From Rhizophagus irregularis (lineage: Eukaryota), in assembly GCF_026210795.1 (NCBI RefSeq), contig NC_089429.1:1550001-1614000 (forward strand): 64,000 bases of DNA. Direction: 5' to 3'. Below, piece by piece: positions 27,832 through 41,892 of this stretch; position 1 is the stretch's first letter; every line of letters begins with the position of its first letter. Below the pieces are notes generated by a model. It did no database searches. It was not told the DNA's origin and saw nothing but the letters and a program-made list of their open reading frames with translations. A program made the position numbers and the translations under genes.

Positions 27832-29583
27832 TTAATCCATTTCTTTTACAAATTCATAAACTTGTATATCTAAATCATCATAGCATAGAACTTTAATATT
27901 ATATAATTCAAATTCTTTAACTTCATCTTTTAAAGAAAACAATTCTTCCCTTTTATCAAGAAAAACTTCTTCAATAGCTAAATAATTAATCCTTTTTTCT
28001 TTCATTAAATGTTCCTTTATAATTGGTAAAATATCTTCACTATCATCTAACATTTTATTTCTAATCAATAATTTCTTAATAAAAGTATTACGAGAATTTT
28101 TAAAAAATGTTACTAAATCATTTGGATTAATCTTGAGAGATAAATTCAAATATTCTAAATTAAAAGGAAGTACTTGACCTAAATTTGTTAATACTATTGA
28201 ACTAAGTTCACTATCATCATTTAAGTAATCATAATCGTAAATAAGAAATTTACAAAAATTAATAGAAAGATAATTAAGATTTTGTCCAAGATTTTCAATT
28301 AAACCAAAAGTTGAATAAATGTTTTGATTATCGTACCCATGTAATTTAAAAAATTTAATATACGCACAATATTCTATAATTAATCTAAGTAATTGTTCTT
28401 TTAATTCATTACTTATTAATAATTCAAATCCAATATTTTTTAAATAATTACCAGATTTTTGTAATAATAATTTCATAGAATCTATATTTAATACAACATT
28501 TTCATTCAAAAATAAGGATTTTAATTTAAAAGGTCCATTAATACTAATAATTTGTTTAATAATATTGGTATTTAAAGAAAGGCAATGAATAATATGAACA
28601 GATTCTAAAACGTTTAATTGTTCAAATACTTCTTTTATAATAAAAACATTTTTAAAATTTATATTATAAAATATAATAGTTTTTAAAGTATTTGAACAAT
28701 TAGAATTTTTTAAAATAATTAAAGGATAATCATTATCTTCAAATAAAATTTTTTTGATATTTTGTTGTGAATTAATAATTTTTGATAAACTTTCAGTAAT
28801 AGATTCATTATTAATATTATTATTATTATCATTAAATCGAAAATAAAGTGAAGAAATTGAATTACAATTATAATATAAACATTTTAAAAATGCTACATTT
28901 GTAATTGTTTCATTAAAATAAAGTTTTAAATTTTTAATATTACAAATTAAATTCGGATTTTGTAAAATTAATTTAAAAATTGAATTAAAATATTCTTTAT
29001 CAGAATTTAAAGTACTTGTAATTTCAAGTTCAAAAGTATATAAATTAACTTCATTTTCAATAAATATTTTAATTAATGATAATAAAATAAATCTTGATAA
29101 AAAAATATTATTTTGATCAAAAATTGGATTTGAAAGTGGATTTTCATTAGGTGAAATAGGAGATCTTTCATCATTTGTTATGGTACCAACAATATTAATC
29201 CATTCTTCAATAGAAAAACTAAGATTTTGTGTATTTAAACATTTAATAAAACTAGGATAATTAAATAATGTATTTAAAGGAAATACGCTATTATCAATTC
29301 CATATTCATTTAATTTTGTTTTATCTTCGTCATTTAAATTATATAAATAAGTTCCGATAAAATCATAATTTTTAAGTTCATAACTTTCAGTTAAGTAATA
29401 ATAATTACAATCTTCTACAGCGATTGAAAATGGATCTTCCCACAATAATGGAATTGTTAAACGACACCATAATCTATTAACCAAAATACACGAATATAAC
29501 ATTTTATAATCATTCCGAAAATATCGAACAATTTCGTATATTAATTCAGGTAAATCTCCTGAAAATATTTTCGAACATGCCAT
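27832..29583 (-). CDS. F-box-like/LRR-like protein, MACSK family (paralog 1)
   Basis: 583-aa intact ORF; LPELIYEI...LYSCILVNRLWCRLTIPLLWEDPF F-box-like motif; similar to four other copies here. Confidence 0.88.
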   Translation of the reverse strand: MACSKIFSGDLPELIYEIVRYFRNDYKMLYSCILVNRLWCRLTIPLLWEDPFSIAVEDCNYYYLTESYELKNYDFIGTYLYNLNDEDKTKLNEYGIDNSVFPLNTLFNYPSFIKCLNTQNLSFSIEEWINIVGTITNDERSPISPNENPLSNPIFDQNNIFLSRFILLSLIKIFIENEVNLYTFELEITSTLNSDKEYFNSIFKLILQNPNLICNIKNLKLYFNETITNVAFLKCLYYNCNSISSLYFRFNDNNNNINNESITESLSKIINSQQNIKKILFEDNDYPLIILKNSNCSNTLKTIIFYNINFKNVFIIKEVFEQLNVLESVHIIHCLSLNTNIIKQIISINGPFKLKSLFLNENVVLNIDSMKLLLQKSGNYLKNIGFELLISNELKEQLLRLIIEYCAYIKFFKLHGYDNQNIYSTFGLIENLGQNLNYLSINFCKFLIYDYDYLNDDSELSSIVLTNLGQVLPFNLEYLNLSLKINPNDLVTFFKNSRNTFIKKLLIRNKMLDDSEDILPIIKEHLMKEKRINYLAIEEVFLDKREELFSLKDEVKEFELYNIKVLCYDDLDIQVYEFVKEMD

Positions 29584-30413
29584 ATTTTTATTATGAACGG
29601 GAGTGTAAAAAAAAAAAAAAAGAAAAAGGGGGATTTAAAATTAAGGTCAAAAAAGGTATTAAAATACTATATATCCATTTTTCGGGTTGCCGATTCCGGT
29701 TTTTGTTGCACAATGTATGTTGATCATATTCATGTTGGTAACGCAAAAATTTGTGATTCGCTTTTTAAAAGAGGCGGATCATAAATCACATGATCGTTAT
29801 TTTTTTGTATTCTTCTTTTAATAATAATTGTCATGTGTTTCTAATTTATTTTAGAACCCACTAGCTGGCTAGCATGTACTAATAGCCCTGTGCAATAAAA
29901 ATAATAATAAATTTCAACTATAATAATTATTTATTCATGTATATGCAGCATAAAAAAAAGATTCGTGACAAACTTAAAAATTACGAGCTGTTAATTCTTT
30001 CAATTAAAATATAAACTAACAATATAGCTAACCTTCGAATTTTTAAAATTCCGCATGAGTGAAACGCAACCTAATATACTATGCTTGACGATTTGCGTTA
30101 AATAATAATTTATGCGCGTTCAAATGTCCGATTTTTATATTCAAATTGGGCAAATAAAAAGCTTTAAAATTTTAAATTTGATTTTGAGCATTCTATCTAT
30201 TTTTAATTTTTTTTTTTATTTAGAACAATTGGCTTCCCCACAATTAACATTGATACATAAAAATACGTAACTATCTAATGTATTTGTTCAATAACATGAA
30301 TTGTAAGTTACGAACATTATATTCTCTAACATATAAATTTTTATATTTGCAAACTTCAATATTATATGATTAATTCTTTTGCTTAGTCTGCCAAAGACGA
30401 TAATCCTCTAGAC

Positions 30414-30636
30414 AGGACCCCGAAATATATATAGAAAGGCCAGAGGCAGCCAAAAAATTTTTACTAATAGCTGTACGCATTCTTTCAGGGCCGGAATTAT
30501 GATAATTTTGGCGAGTGACCAAAAAAGGAAATATCTTTTCACCGGGAATTGTCTAAAAAAGGAAAGATTTTCGTGTTTTTTTTGGCTGGTTGTACGCAAA
30601 CTCGGATTTGACCTCTTTTGTATATTTCGGGGTCCT
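30414..30636. mobile_element. MITE, hAT-type target
   Basis: TIR AGGACCCCGAAATATA; 8-bp TSD CTCTAGAC at 30406-30413 and 30637-30644. Confidence 0.85.
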
Positions 30637-30709
30637 CTCTAGACTCGCTCCAACAGTCTCCTTCAATAGCAAAGTTCATATTTCTTTGTATTCAAGAAGT
30701 TAATTAAAT

Positions 30710-30918
30710 TTTGGAATCGAAAATCGAATCTTTTCAAGATTTTTCTTATTGACTTTGAATCAGTTTCTAATTTCAGCAAAAATAATTAGCGCTTGGCCGG
30801 CATGAAAAATTACTTTGGAGTCAGGTTAACTTATATGATAAAAATTGCTGGGAATCGATTCTCGAGAATCGATTTTACTATGTTTTGTCGATTTTCGATT
30901 AGTCGATTCCAATCCCTA
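30710..30918. mobile_element. Degenerate hAT-like MITE
   Basis: TTGGAATCGA...TCGATTCCAATCCCTA inverted ends; AATTAAAT on both flanks. Confidence 0.55.
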
Positions 30919-31056
30919 AATTAAATATCATGGAGAATTAATTAAAAATTCATGGAAGAAGTCATTGCACAATATACCATTAAAAAAAAGTTTACTTTTA
31001 ATATGTACACACATAAAATAGAATACTACTTTTGTATTATAAAAAATGTAATTTAT

Positions 31057-31142
31057 TTTCCGCACAGTGATAGGTATAAGAAACTAGATGAATTTTTTTT
31101 CCGCACAGTGATAGGTATAAGAAACTAGATGAATTTTTTTTT
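31057..31142. repeat. ~42-bp tandem duplication
   Basis: CCGCACAGTGATAGGTATAAGAAACTAGATGAATTTTTTT x2. Confidence 0.9.
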
Positions 31143-32487
31143 TTGTATGCTAACTTACAATTTTTTATTTTTTTTAAAAAAAATTATTCAATTTAACTCA
31201 CTAATTAAAAAGTTGATTCTGTTTATATTTCATTCCCCTTCCGTTAACCATCATGAGTTGGGCGTTGATTTCCATTTGTCAAGGCTACAATCCTAGCGAA
31301 TATTAGTCCAGGAGTGTTTTGGGATTAACTTATTATAATTTATTTATATTCTTTTAGAGTAATAAACTTACCAGGAAATATATGGTATATTTGTTTTGAT
31401 TAATAAGTAAAAATATAAATATGATATACATGATTATGCATGGTACTTCTCTATCGAATAATAACGACATAATTTTTTTTATTTGTATATTTTAAATCGA
31501 TAGTGCTATTCTTTTTTCGGGAAATAAAATAATTTTAAAAGTATATCCAGAAAGAACGGTGCATTTATTTCACGACCATTTTTTGTGTCACGTGTCATTA
31601 TCGGAGTTTATGTGATAAAAAAAAAGAGAAACAAAGAAATTTATAACAAAAAATGAATAGTTAATTACTTCATTTTGTTTTTTAATACCATTAATGTTAT
31701 CATTGAAGTTCAAGTTAATTTATGAATGCTTTTTAATAAATAGATGTATTAGATAAGTTTTTTATTTTCACAAGAAAAAATATTTAAGTAATATATTAAG
31801 TAAAAAAAGTGCGGTTAAACTATGCTCAAATTATGGATTAAATAAAAATTTACCGAAATTAGTAAGGTTGAATAAATAGTACTGCGGTTGTAGTTACAAA
31901 TTACACATTTAAGAAATGATTTTACATTTCGCATAATAAGCATGCACAAAGTACTTCAGCTGCAAATGACATCATATATAAATGTTACAACATGTGTCAC
32001 TCACGAGTTTTACTATGATTTATAATTTTGGAACCTATAAATAATTATATAATGAATATAATAACTTCATTTGAATTAGTATTGATTTGTTCCATAGTGG
32101 ATGAGTAATGACTAATGAGTATGCGAGTCAACATTTCATTGTTGTATTTATTACAGAAACCATTGTAAAATCGGAACAAAAATATTTAAAAAAACTTGTA
32201 TAAATCATGAAAATAATTAATAAATCCCAAAATAATAATAATATATGATGAAATGACATTGAAAAAAATTTTTTTCTTAAAATCTAACTTACAAATGAAA
32301 TTCGTTACGTGATCTCAATTGTCGTTAAATATAGTCTTCCGACTGTCCTTCGTGTAAAATTAGACATCTGCATGAAAATTATGACCTTAATCATGTAATC
32401 CAACCATATGAAAAACTTAAAATTAATTTACAAAAGTTATAACTTCATTTTTTATTGAAAAAGTTGGCCAGTGTTAGTGGTTCTAAC

Positions 32488-32662
32488 TAGAGATGGCAAC
32501 GGTTATGGTTGGTCATCGGTCGGCCATAACCTGTTTAGGACCTTTGATCGACCACCGCTTTGACCGACCGCTTAGGGCTGACAATCTGATCAAACAGTCA
32601 AATAATCATCTTTGACCGACCGATATCAGTCCTGGTCGGTTAATTACCGTAACCGCTGCTAA
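32488..32662. mobile_element. Degenerate hAT-like MITE
   Basis: TAGAGATGGCAACGGTTA left end, GACCGACC repeats, imperfect right end TAACCGCTGCTA. Confidence 0.5.
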
Positions 32663-33004
32663 TTAATATTAAACGTCTTAACAGTTGCAAAAAAATGGTG
32701 TTATTAAATAATGTCTGGTAAATAAAAAATATTATTTTCTTCGTATCGGAAAACGGTGTAGTTTTATGTTATCTGCTGGATGGACGGAGGAATATCATAG
32801 GAATATTTTGTACGAAATTATTTCTAATAAATTTACTGCTCCCAATGAATTTAAATTATGAAAATAAAAGAAAACGGAGTTTTTAAAGCTTACGCAATAA
32901 AAGATGATAACGATAATTAAATGTTGAAATTGTTAATTTTATTAATATATTCGTGAAAATAGACAATAATTTATTATTGGATTTTATGGAATAACTCAGA
33001 ATCC

Positions 33005-33185
33005 AGAGTGGAAGTTTACGAAATTGTTTGGATAAAAATTATAGTAAATTAAATTGGGACAAAAAGATTAATATATTACCAATATGCAAATCACGATGTT
33101 TCATGAATACATTTAAGTCCAAGTATAGCATCTTAAAGTCTAAATATAATACAGTTATAAATGATATGGGATTATGTAAAACCAA
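33005..33185 (+). pseudogene. Degenerate TKL kinase fragment
   Basis: SGSLRNCLDKNYSKLNWDKKINIL...VINDMGLCK; HRD region lost. Confidence 0.65.
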
Positions 33186-36100
33186 AAACCGGTATCCGAT
33201 CAAAATCTCGAAAGTCACTTGCACGACTAACACAAGATCGACAACAAAATCTCGACAATCCAAAATCTCGGCGGTCTACTCTTGTCTTCGCATATATAGA
33301 AAAGTTTTAATTTATTAAACAAATATTTTTGATGTGTTTACATATTCATATTACTTTATTAGACCCAGATTTAAAGGCTGGAAAATTTTGAATTGATATC
33401 GTATACCGTTTGCTGAAATGTATTAAATTGTGTCCGAATAGTAAACAAATCAAATCGTGGCCAAATCGTGCAATCAATCGTGAGCTTTCAGGGTACAATT
33501 TGACATTAAGAGGATCGCTCACTAAGTAACCATTCATTAAAATAAATAAAAAACAAAAAATGTTTACCAAAATCTCACCAAAAAGTCGTCTAAAAAGCAT
33601 AGTTCCTTGATAGGGGAGGGATTGGTGGTTTGAGTCCACTTGATCCCATTATAAATTTATTAAGCATATTGCTAAAATAATATACAATAAAGTATTATAT
33701 AAAGTCGTCAATGTTATAATTGCCAAAAATTATTCTCAATCTGAAATTTATCAAGTCGGGAAAGAAAGAAATTTTTTTGCCAAAATTGTAAAAAGGATAA
33801 TAAAGTGTGTAGTAATTGTGGAAAAAATGTTGCTCTTAGATGAAGGGAAAATTTACGAGAAAAAAAACCAAACAAGCTCAGGTTATCAATCATAAATATA
33901 AAAAAAAGGTGATTAAAAAATGAATCTGTCCACTGGCCTATTTTGTCAGTATCAAAAGTTTTATAGAATTCAAAAGTGGCCATTTTATTACTCTCCCGCT
34001 GGTAAGTTTTTCGCCTAAAAAAAAAGAATAAAATTGTTTTTTTAAATGGAAGCTTAAGAAAAAAGCAAGATACCAAAACTTACACCTTAAAAACAAGCCG
34101 TCTGAAATTTTAAAAAAAGAAAATAAATAAATGTTAGTAATAGAAAATTAAACAAAAAATAATAGAAAAAGTAAAAACTGGACACACCTTCGTTTCCAAA
34201 GAGAACCATCGAAACCTAAAAAAAGATAATCACCAGGTCCTTAAAAAAAGAAGGGTCAAAGACCTAAAAAAGAAAAGATGAAAGTTAAAGAAAATAACAG
34301 AAACAAAAAAAAGTGAAAGAACAGGTGAATTCCAACATTTTCGCGAAGAGAACTGGTCCAGAGCCCACGAAATTGGCTGTTCTTTAAAAAGGATATTAAA
34401 GGACGTTAAAAACTAGCATTCTTAACGAAAAAATTTAAAAAAAATAAAATTCCTCTTCCCCAAGCATACCTTGCATCTACTTCGTTTTGAAAGGTCCAGG
34501 GAGCCGTTCTCTAGAAAAAAGATAGAGAAGAATGTTAGTAAATGTTCATAATGAAAAAATTTTTAAAAAATATTCTTCCGTTGCATACCTTACGTCCATT
34601 TCATCTTGAAAGGACTAGAGAGCCATACTCTTTATAAAAAAAAATTAAAAATGAAAAAAATGCAAATTTTTTATAAAAAATTCCAAAATTTACCTTGTCT
34701 TTTGGATACACAAAAATAAACAAAAAAAAATATAAAAAATATAAAAAAAAATAAAATTCAACATACATAAATTGAATAAATTAGACAAGGTATCTTAAAT
34801 GAAGTAATACCGTCTATCCAATCAAACAAAATTAATATACAACCCTCAAGAAGATAGTGGAGATAACTAATGAGTTGAGAAAAGAAGAATGAAAAGTAAA
34901 AATGGAAGTTGAGGTGAAGAAAATTAGGATGGTTGGAGAGTGGTTAGCGGATTGGATGTGATGGAAAATAATAATAATAAAATATCAACGTGAGAAGAGT
35001 TCCAAGATAAAATATGGTAATAATTGCAAGCTGTTTGACAAGACTTCCATAAAAGAAGGAAAAGGAAGACAAAAATGTGTAAAATATGCGTGCTAAGTTA
35101 GAATAAAAAAAATAAATCATATATATAGATATAGAAATAGGAATTGATAAAGTAGTTTAGGGCATATTTACAGATAGTAGGTGTAATTATCAGAAAAAAA
35201 ATAAAGATCGCTGATCTGCTGTCAAATATTTCAGACTACTAGTTTCTGCAGCTTTGGACGAGTTTCACTTCCAGAGAAAATCGGCAAAATCTAAAAGAAA
35301 AACTGAAAAAAATGAATTGTTAGTAAAATTCATTAAAAAAAAAAACTAAAATTACTTTATAAAAATCTCATGACCCAAAACCAACTAAAAACAGAAAGAA
35401 AACGAACTGTTAATCGTTTGTTAAATAAGAGCAATTAACAATTCAATTCACCAAAATTTCATACCTAAGAGCCGAAAGAACAACCTAAAAAAATAAAAAA
35501 AAGTCTAAAAAATGTATGTAAGGATTTTTCAACAGAGGGTATGAGAAGTGAGAAAGGAGATAGGGAAGGGAAAGGGGAAAACAAAGAAGGAAAGATACAA
35601 ATATTGAAAAGTTTAAAAAAGTTAAAATAGGCTTAGATCAAATGTTCAGTGATTATCGTGATACATTTGCTTTCTTGATTTAATCAATTTATTTGATATA
35701 TTGTATATTATAAATTACTACGATTTTTAGGTGAAACTCAATAAAATTCAAAATAATTATTTAATTTATGGTAATAAAATATTGCGTATTAATAAAAATT
35801 CACGGCTAATCAAATACGATCGCATGACTATATATAGTGATCATGTGATCATATGCAAATATATGTACTGTAAGTTTGACATTTTTTTTATATATAAACT
35901 TTATTATCGCGAAACACAATCACAACTTATTAGCATGCCATCAATAAAGTATCCATCTATAAACAAATACAAATACAAAACAGAAAAAAAAATTACAACG
36001 AACTAAGACCTATATGCATAAAACTTGGCGACACTGCGCGTCCCTACATACCGTTCAGGACACAAACTTTTTGGTCTTTTGTTGTTTATGCATCACTTTC

Positions 36101-37449
36101 TCCTAAGCTCACGAGAATCTAGCAGCAAATCCGAAAGGAGTCTAATCTCCATGCAGAGTGGCGGTAAAACTAAGCTTGACCCTGATTTATCATCCCATGA
36201 ATCTATATAAAAACTAATACTAAACCTATAGGATTCTAACATATTTAAAACTGAACTACTATTCCTGGACTAAGAACATCTCTCCCCCTATAACTCAGAT
36301 ATTCGTAAACTAGTGCTTTGATCCGTAGCGGTTTTATCCAGGTTTTCATCCGGATTGAATTTCATTAAATTTCGCTGGCACTATGAGTTTGGCAAGAATT
36401 AGCATAAATTTTTGGGATAATAATACTTTAATGTTGGTTTAAATTATAGTCTGTTTAAGTCTGAAATTCATAATCTTTCTCAGCCATAATCGCCACATGA
36501 AAATATTCAAGTTTTCATCCGGATCGAAGCACTATCGTAAACTTCTGATTTATTTGCGACGTTTCGACCGTTTCGTTCACCCCCATATTGTTAATTATAA
36601 ATTTGTATTAACCGTGAACTCCTCCTAACGTCTTAAACCTCGTTCACCTCTATATTCTCATTATTCGTGACGACCGCCTTGCTCCTAGCCCGTAGTTTCA
36701 AAGCATCCCTATAGACTATAGACTATAGTGGTATCCTTTTTTTCATTCTAAGTCTTGTGATGCCAGAGTCATGTGTTCAAAAAAATAATCCTTGATTGGC
36801 CGAAAGTATTTTTGTTGGAAACGTGAAAACACGTGACTTCAACTATGTGCGATGCTACATATGATCTTCCGATAAAATAATAATTGGTTCCTTGAGACAA
36901 CAAAAATTTCTATTTTGGATCCCGCCACAAGTGCCACGACTGCCACGTGCTATAAATTTTGTGCTGCGTTGCAAGACGAAAAATTCCCAGGAAACAAAAA
37001 TTTCAAAACCCAGTATACGAAAGGCCGCCGTGAAAAGAAGATAATAATACTAAAATTTTCCAGTATTTTGTTTCGTTAACCGTTTGTTTCGTCGCCGCCA
37101 AGGTTATATTTGCGATATACATCAAACTCTCTGGCTTTTCTGAGTTCTATATTTTGCAAACGAGATGAAAATGAATAATTTGTTGTAACGAGCCCTTTGC
37201 ATCAACTATTCACGAAACTGGTATCAAAATGTACCTAAAAGAGAGAATAATCAGTTGGTAATGTTTGTCTGGTGCTAAAAAAAATATCTCCCCCAAGTCA
37301 TTTTTTCTCGTAAAAATTTGATCGAGGGATCGACAGGGAGAGTTTTTTGACATTAATTTGTGCGACAAATGGAATTGCCGCTCCTAATAAATTTGGCGTA
37401 ACCTTCCAGTAATTTCGGCATCCCTTTTCTTTCCTCCCTTCTTTGCAAC

Positions 37450-39070
37450 ATGGCATGTTCAAAATTTTTTTCAGGAGATTTGTCTGAGTTATTAAACGAA
37501 GTCATACAATATTTTCATTATGACTATAAAACATTACATTCATGCATATTAGTTAATAGATTATGGTGTCGTTTAGCAATTCCATTATTATGGCAAGATC
37601 CATTTTCAATTAAATCCCCTAAAAATTATCGTTTTATTGAAATTTATTTGTGTAATTTAAGTGATGATGATAAAAAAAGATTAAATGAATATGTAATTCA
37701 TAGTGGCTTATTTCCTTCAAATACATTATTTAATTATCCTAAATTTATTAAACATTTAGATATATATAAAGTTTATAATTCTATTGAAACGTGGGCATAT
37801 ACAAATTTACCAACTTCACCAACTACACAAATGTTAGACTTTATTACAGACTTATTGTTAGGTCATTATTTCTAATATTCATTGAAAATGAAGTAAATTT
37901 GCATAGTTTTGGAGTTATAATAAAAAACTATGAAGAATTTGAATGTTTTGATGCGGCTTTTGAATTAATCTTACAAAATACGAATTTCGTTTATAATATT
38001 AAAAGTTTAACACTTGATTTTGATGGTAAAATAACTGATAATATAACAAAATTTTTGGAATTTCTCTGCTCTAATTGCAATTCAATTTCATCACTTTATT
38101 TTCTACTTCCAATTATAAATAATGTCATCCAATAATCGAAAAAAATTTATCACATATGATTGAGCTTCAAAAAGATCTTAAAAAGATTTCATTTAGTCAT
38201 AATTGCCCTTTGTCTCTATTATTATTATTAAAAGATCCCAATTGTTCAAATACATTAAATACAATTATATTTTATTCTATTGATTTTAAAAATATAAATG
38301 TTCTAAGTGAATTATTTAATCAATTGAATGTTTTAGAATCAATTCATATTGTTAATTGTTATTCTTTAGATTCTGGATTTATTCAACAAATTAATAATAT
38401 TACCAAACCATTTAAATTAAGAACTTTATTTTTGGATAAAATGGATGAATTATTAGATCCATTAATACAAAAATCTGGCAATTATTTAGAAAATTTTAAA
38501 AGAACAAAGTGTAATTCACTACAATTATCACAATCACTCGAATTATATTGTAGCAATATTAAGTTTTTATATGTTGTACTACATTTTAAGAATATTAATT
38601 TAATATTCAAGTTAATTAAAAATATTAGGCAAAATCTTAATTATCTTATTATTAATTCCTCTATTATCTGTAATGTTGATGGTAAAATTAAATTTAGTTC
38701 AATTTTATTACAAAATTTAGGACAAATTCTTCCTTTTAAATTAGAATATTTGAATTTGGTTCTTGCAATTAAGGGAAGTGATTTAGAAGTATTCTTAAAA
38801 AATTCTCAAAATACTTATATTAAAAAATTGTTAATTAGAAATGCAAAGTATGATAAAAATAATCAAGATATTTTACCTTATATAAAAGAATATATAATGA
38901 AAAAGAAAAGAGTTGAATATTTAGCTATTTTAGATCTTTTTCGTGGAAAAGGAGTAGATTTGTTTTCATTGAAAGATGAAGTAAAGGAATTTCAATTATA
39001 TGATATTCAAGTTCTAGATTATTATGATTCGGTTATTGGTGTTTATGATTTTATAAAAGAAACTTATTAG
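37450..39070 (+). pseudogene. F-box-like MACSK paralog 2, two frameshifts
   Basis: Family sequence split over ORFs 37450-37875, 37791-38135 and 38156-39070. Confidence 0.85.
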
Positions 39071-40036
39071 TTATTTATGCAATTTATATTATTTAATATT
39101 ATCACTATAAATAAAGCTAGCTTTAATACTTAAAATTCTTAAGCGTAAAATTGAATAGTAATACAGTACGGAAGATTTAAAGTTCGTTTCTTTTGTTGTA
39201 TTTTAATACAAATATAACAACTTGAAAATTTAAATATAAAGAAATACTGTAGCATAATAATATCTAACTAAATTATTTATAATTAAAATATATCCAAAAG
39301 AATTTTTTTTTAAAAAAAAATAAATTTGAATTTTCAAATTTATCAACTTTTTAATTATTTTATTAAAAAAAAAAAAATATTTGAATTTTACTATTTTACT
39401 TTGACTGCTCCCATCCATTTTTTAATTAATTGTAAAATATAATGACAATTACGAAAAGCTCACTTGTAAAGTTTAATGTTCGGAATTAATAGTGAAAATT
39501 GTGAACTTTACCATTTAAAATCTTTTGAAATTGTAAAATGGATTATCTACAGGCATGTCCAGCTCAATCCAATCTCCCATAGTTCACTATTAATAATAAA
39601 CGAGCTTTTCGTAATTATCATTATATTTTACAATTGATTAAAAAATAAATGAGAGCAGTCAAAGTAAAATATTAAAATTCAAATATATATATTTTTTAAT
39701 AAAATAACTAAAAAGTTTATAAATTTGAAAATTCAAATTTATTTTGGAGATATACTGTATATAAAAATTTCATTTATCATTAATTTAAAAAAAAATAAAT
39801 TCTTTTTGTATAGTATACCTACCCTATTATAAATAATTTACTTATATTATTATGCTATTTCTTTTTATTAAATTTTCAAGTTGTTATATTTGAATTAAAA
39901 TACAACAAATGAAGCGAGCTTTAAATTCTTAAGCGTAAAATTTCAATGCTTAAATAGTAATACAGTACAGAAGATTTAAAGTATTAAAGCTAACTTTATT
40001 TTATAGTGATAATATAAAACAAATTGCATAAATAAC

Positions 40037-41892
40037 TAATAAGTTTCTTTTATTGGTCAGTCTAATAGGATCATGCAGATTTTGACGGACTGATATTTTT
40101 TGTTGATAGCTAAATAATTGATATTTTTCTATTAATGGCTAAATATCAAATATATTTGCAGTTTAGTTATACTTTTTATATACTCTTACTATAATAATAG
40201 CATGATCTTGCGTGACTGACGCAATAATCTAGTTATTGGTTATGGTGGATAAAATATCGTGTCACCCCTCGATATTTTACCCCCGCTAACCAATAACTAT
40301 TATTTATAAAATCATAAATATTAATAATTGAATCATAATAATCTAGAACTTGAATATCATATAATTGAAATTCCTTTACTTCATCTTTCAAAGAAAACAA
40401 ATCTACTTTTTTTCCACAAAAAACATCTAAAATCGCTAAATATTTAACTCTTTTCTTTTTCACTATATATTCTTTTATATAGGGTAAAATATCTTGACTA
40501 GTTCCTTCATTCTTTGCATTTCTAATTGACAATTTTTTAATATAAGTATTTTGAGAACTTTTTAAGAATACTTCTAAATCACTTCCCTTAATTGCAAGAA
40601 CCAATCTCAAATATTCTAATTTAAAAGGAAGAATTTGTCCTAAATTATGTAATAAAATTAAACTAAATTTAATTTTACCATCAGAATTAATAATAAGATA
40701 ATTAAGATTTTGCCTAATATTTTTAATTAAATTGAATATTAAATCAACATTCTGATAATGTAGTTCAATAGATAAAAACTTGATATTTCTACAATATAAT
40801 TTGAGTGATTGTAATAATTGTTGTGATTTATAATTGTTAATATTAAAATTTTCTAAACAATTGCCAGATCTTTGTATTAATGGTTCTAATGATTCATCTA
40901 TTTTATCCAAAAATAAAGATCTTAATTTAAATGGTTAGTTAATATTATTAATTTGTTGGATAAATTTAGAATCTAGAGGATAACAATAAACAATATGAAT
41001 TGATTCTAAAACATTCAATTGATTAAACAATTCACTTAGCAGAACATTTATATTCTTAAAATCAATAGAATAAAATATAATTGTATTTAATGTGTTTGTA
41101 CAATTAGGATTTTTTAATGATAATAGTAGAGACAAAGGGCAATTATGACTAAATGAAATCTTTTTAAGATTTTTTTGAAGCTTAATCATTTGTGATAAAT
41201 TTTTTTCGATTATTGGATGATAATAATTTATAATTGGAAGTAGAAAATAAAGTGATGAAATTGAATTGCAATTAGAGCAGAGAAATTCCAAAAATTTTGT
41301 TATATTATCAGTTATTTTACTATCAAAATCAAGTGTTAAACTTTTAATATTATGAACGAAATTGGTATTTTGTAAGATTAATTCAAAAGCCGCATCAAAA
41401 CATTCAAATTCTTCATAGTTTTTTATTATAACTCCAAAACTATGCAAATTTACTTCATTTTCAATGTATGAATATTAGAAATAATGACCTAACAATAAGT
41501 TCTGTAATAAAGTTCACTATATGTGAAGTTGGTAAATTTGTAGATGCCCACGTTTTAATAGAATCACTGACTTTATATGTATCTAAATGTTGAATGAATT
41601 TAGGATAATTAAATAATGTATTTGAAGGAAATAAGCCACTATGGATTACATATTTATTTAATCTTGTTTTATCATCATCACTTAAATTACACAAATAAAT
41701 TTCAATAAAACGATAATTCTTAGGAAATCTGATTGAAAATGGATCTTCCCATAATAATGGAATTGCTAAACGACACCATAATCTATTAACTAATATGCAT
41801 GAATGTAATGTTTTATAGTCATAATGAAAATATTGTATGACTTCGTTTAATAACTCAGGCAAATTTCCTGAAAAAAATTTTGAACATGCCAT
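40037..41892 (-). pseudogene. F-box-like MACSK paralog 3: frameshift, nonsense codon and 3' insertion
   Basis: ORFs 41892-41461, 41447-40935 and 40910-40233; 4-bp insertion at ~41465; in-frame TAA at 40935; last codons split off by the 40051-40300 insertion. Confidence 0.85.
40051..40300. mobile_element. Insertion in right arm of the palindrome; small non-autonomous element with internal hairpin
   Basis: Absent from the left arm; ends TATTGGTCAG...CTAACCAATA; hairpin AGTTATTGGTTA...TAACCAATAACT at 40231-40298. Confidence 0.75.
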
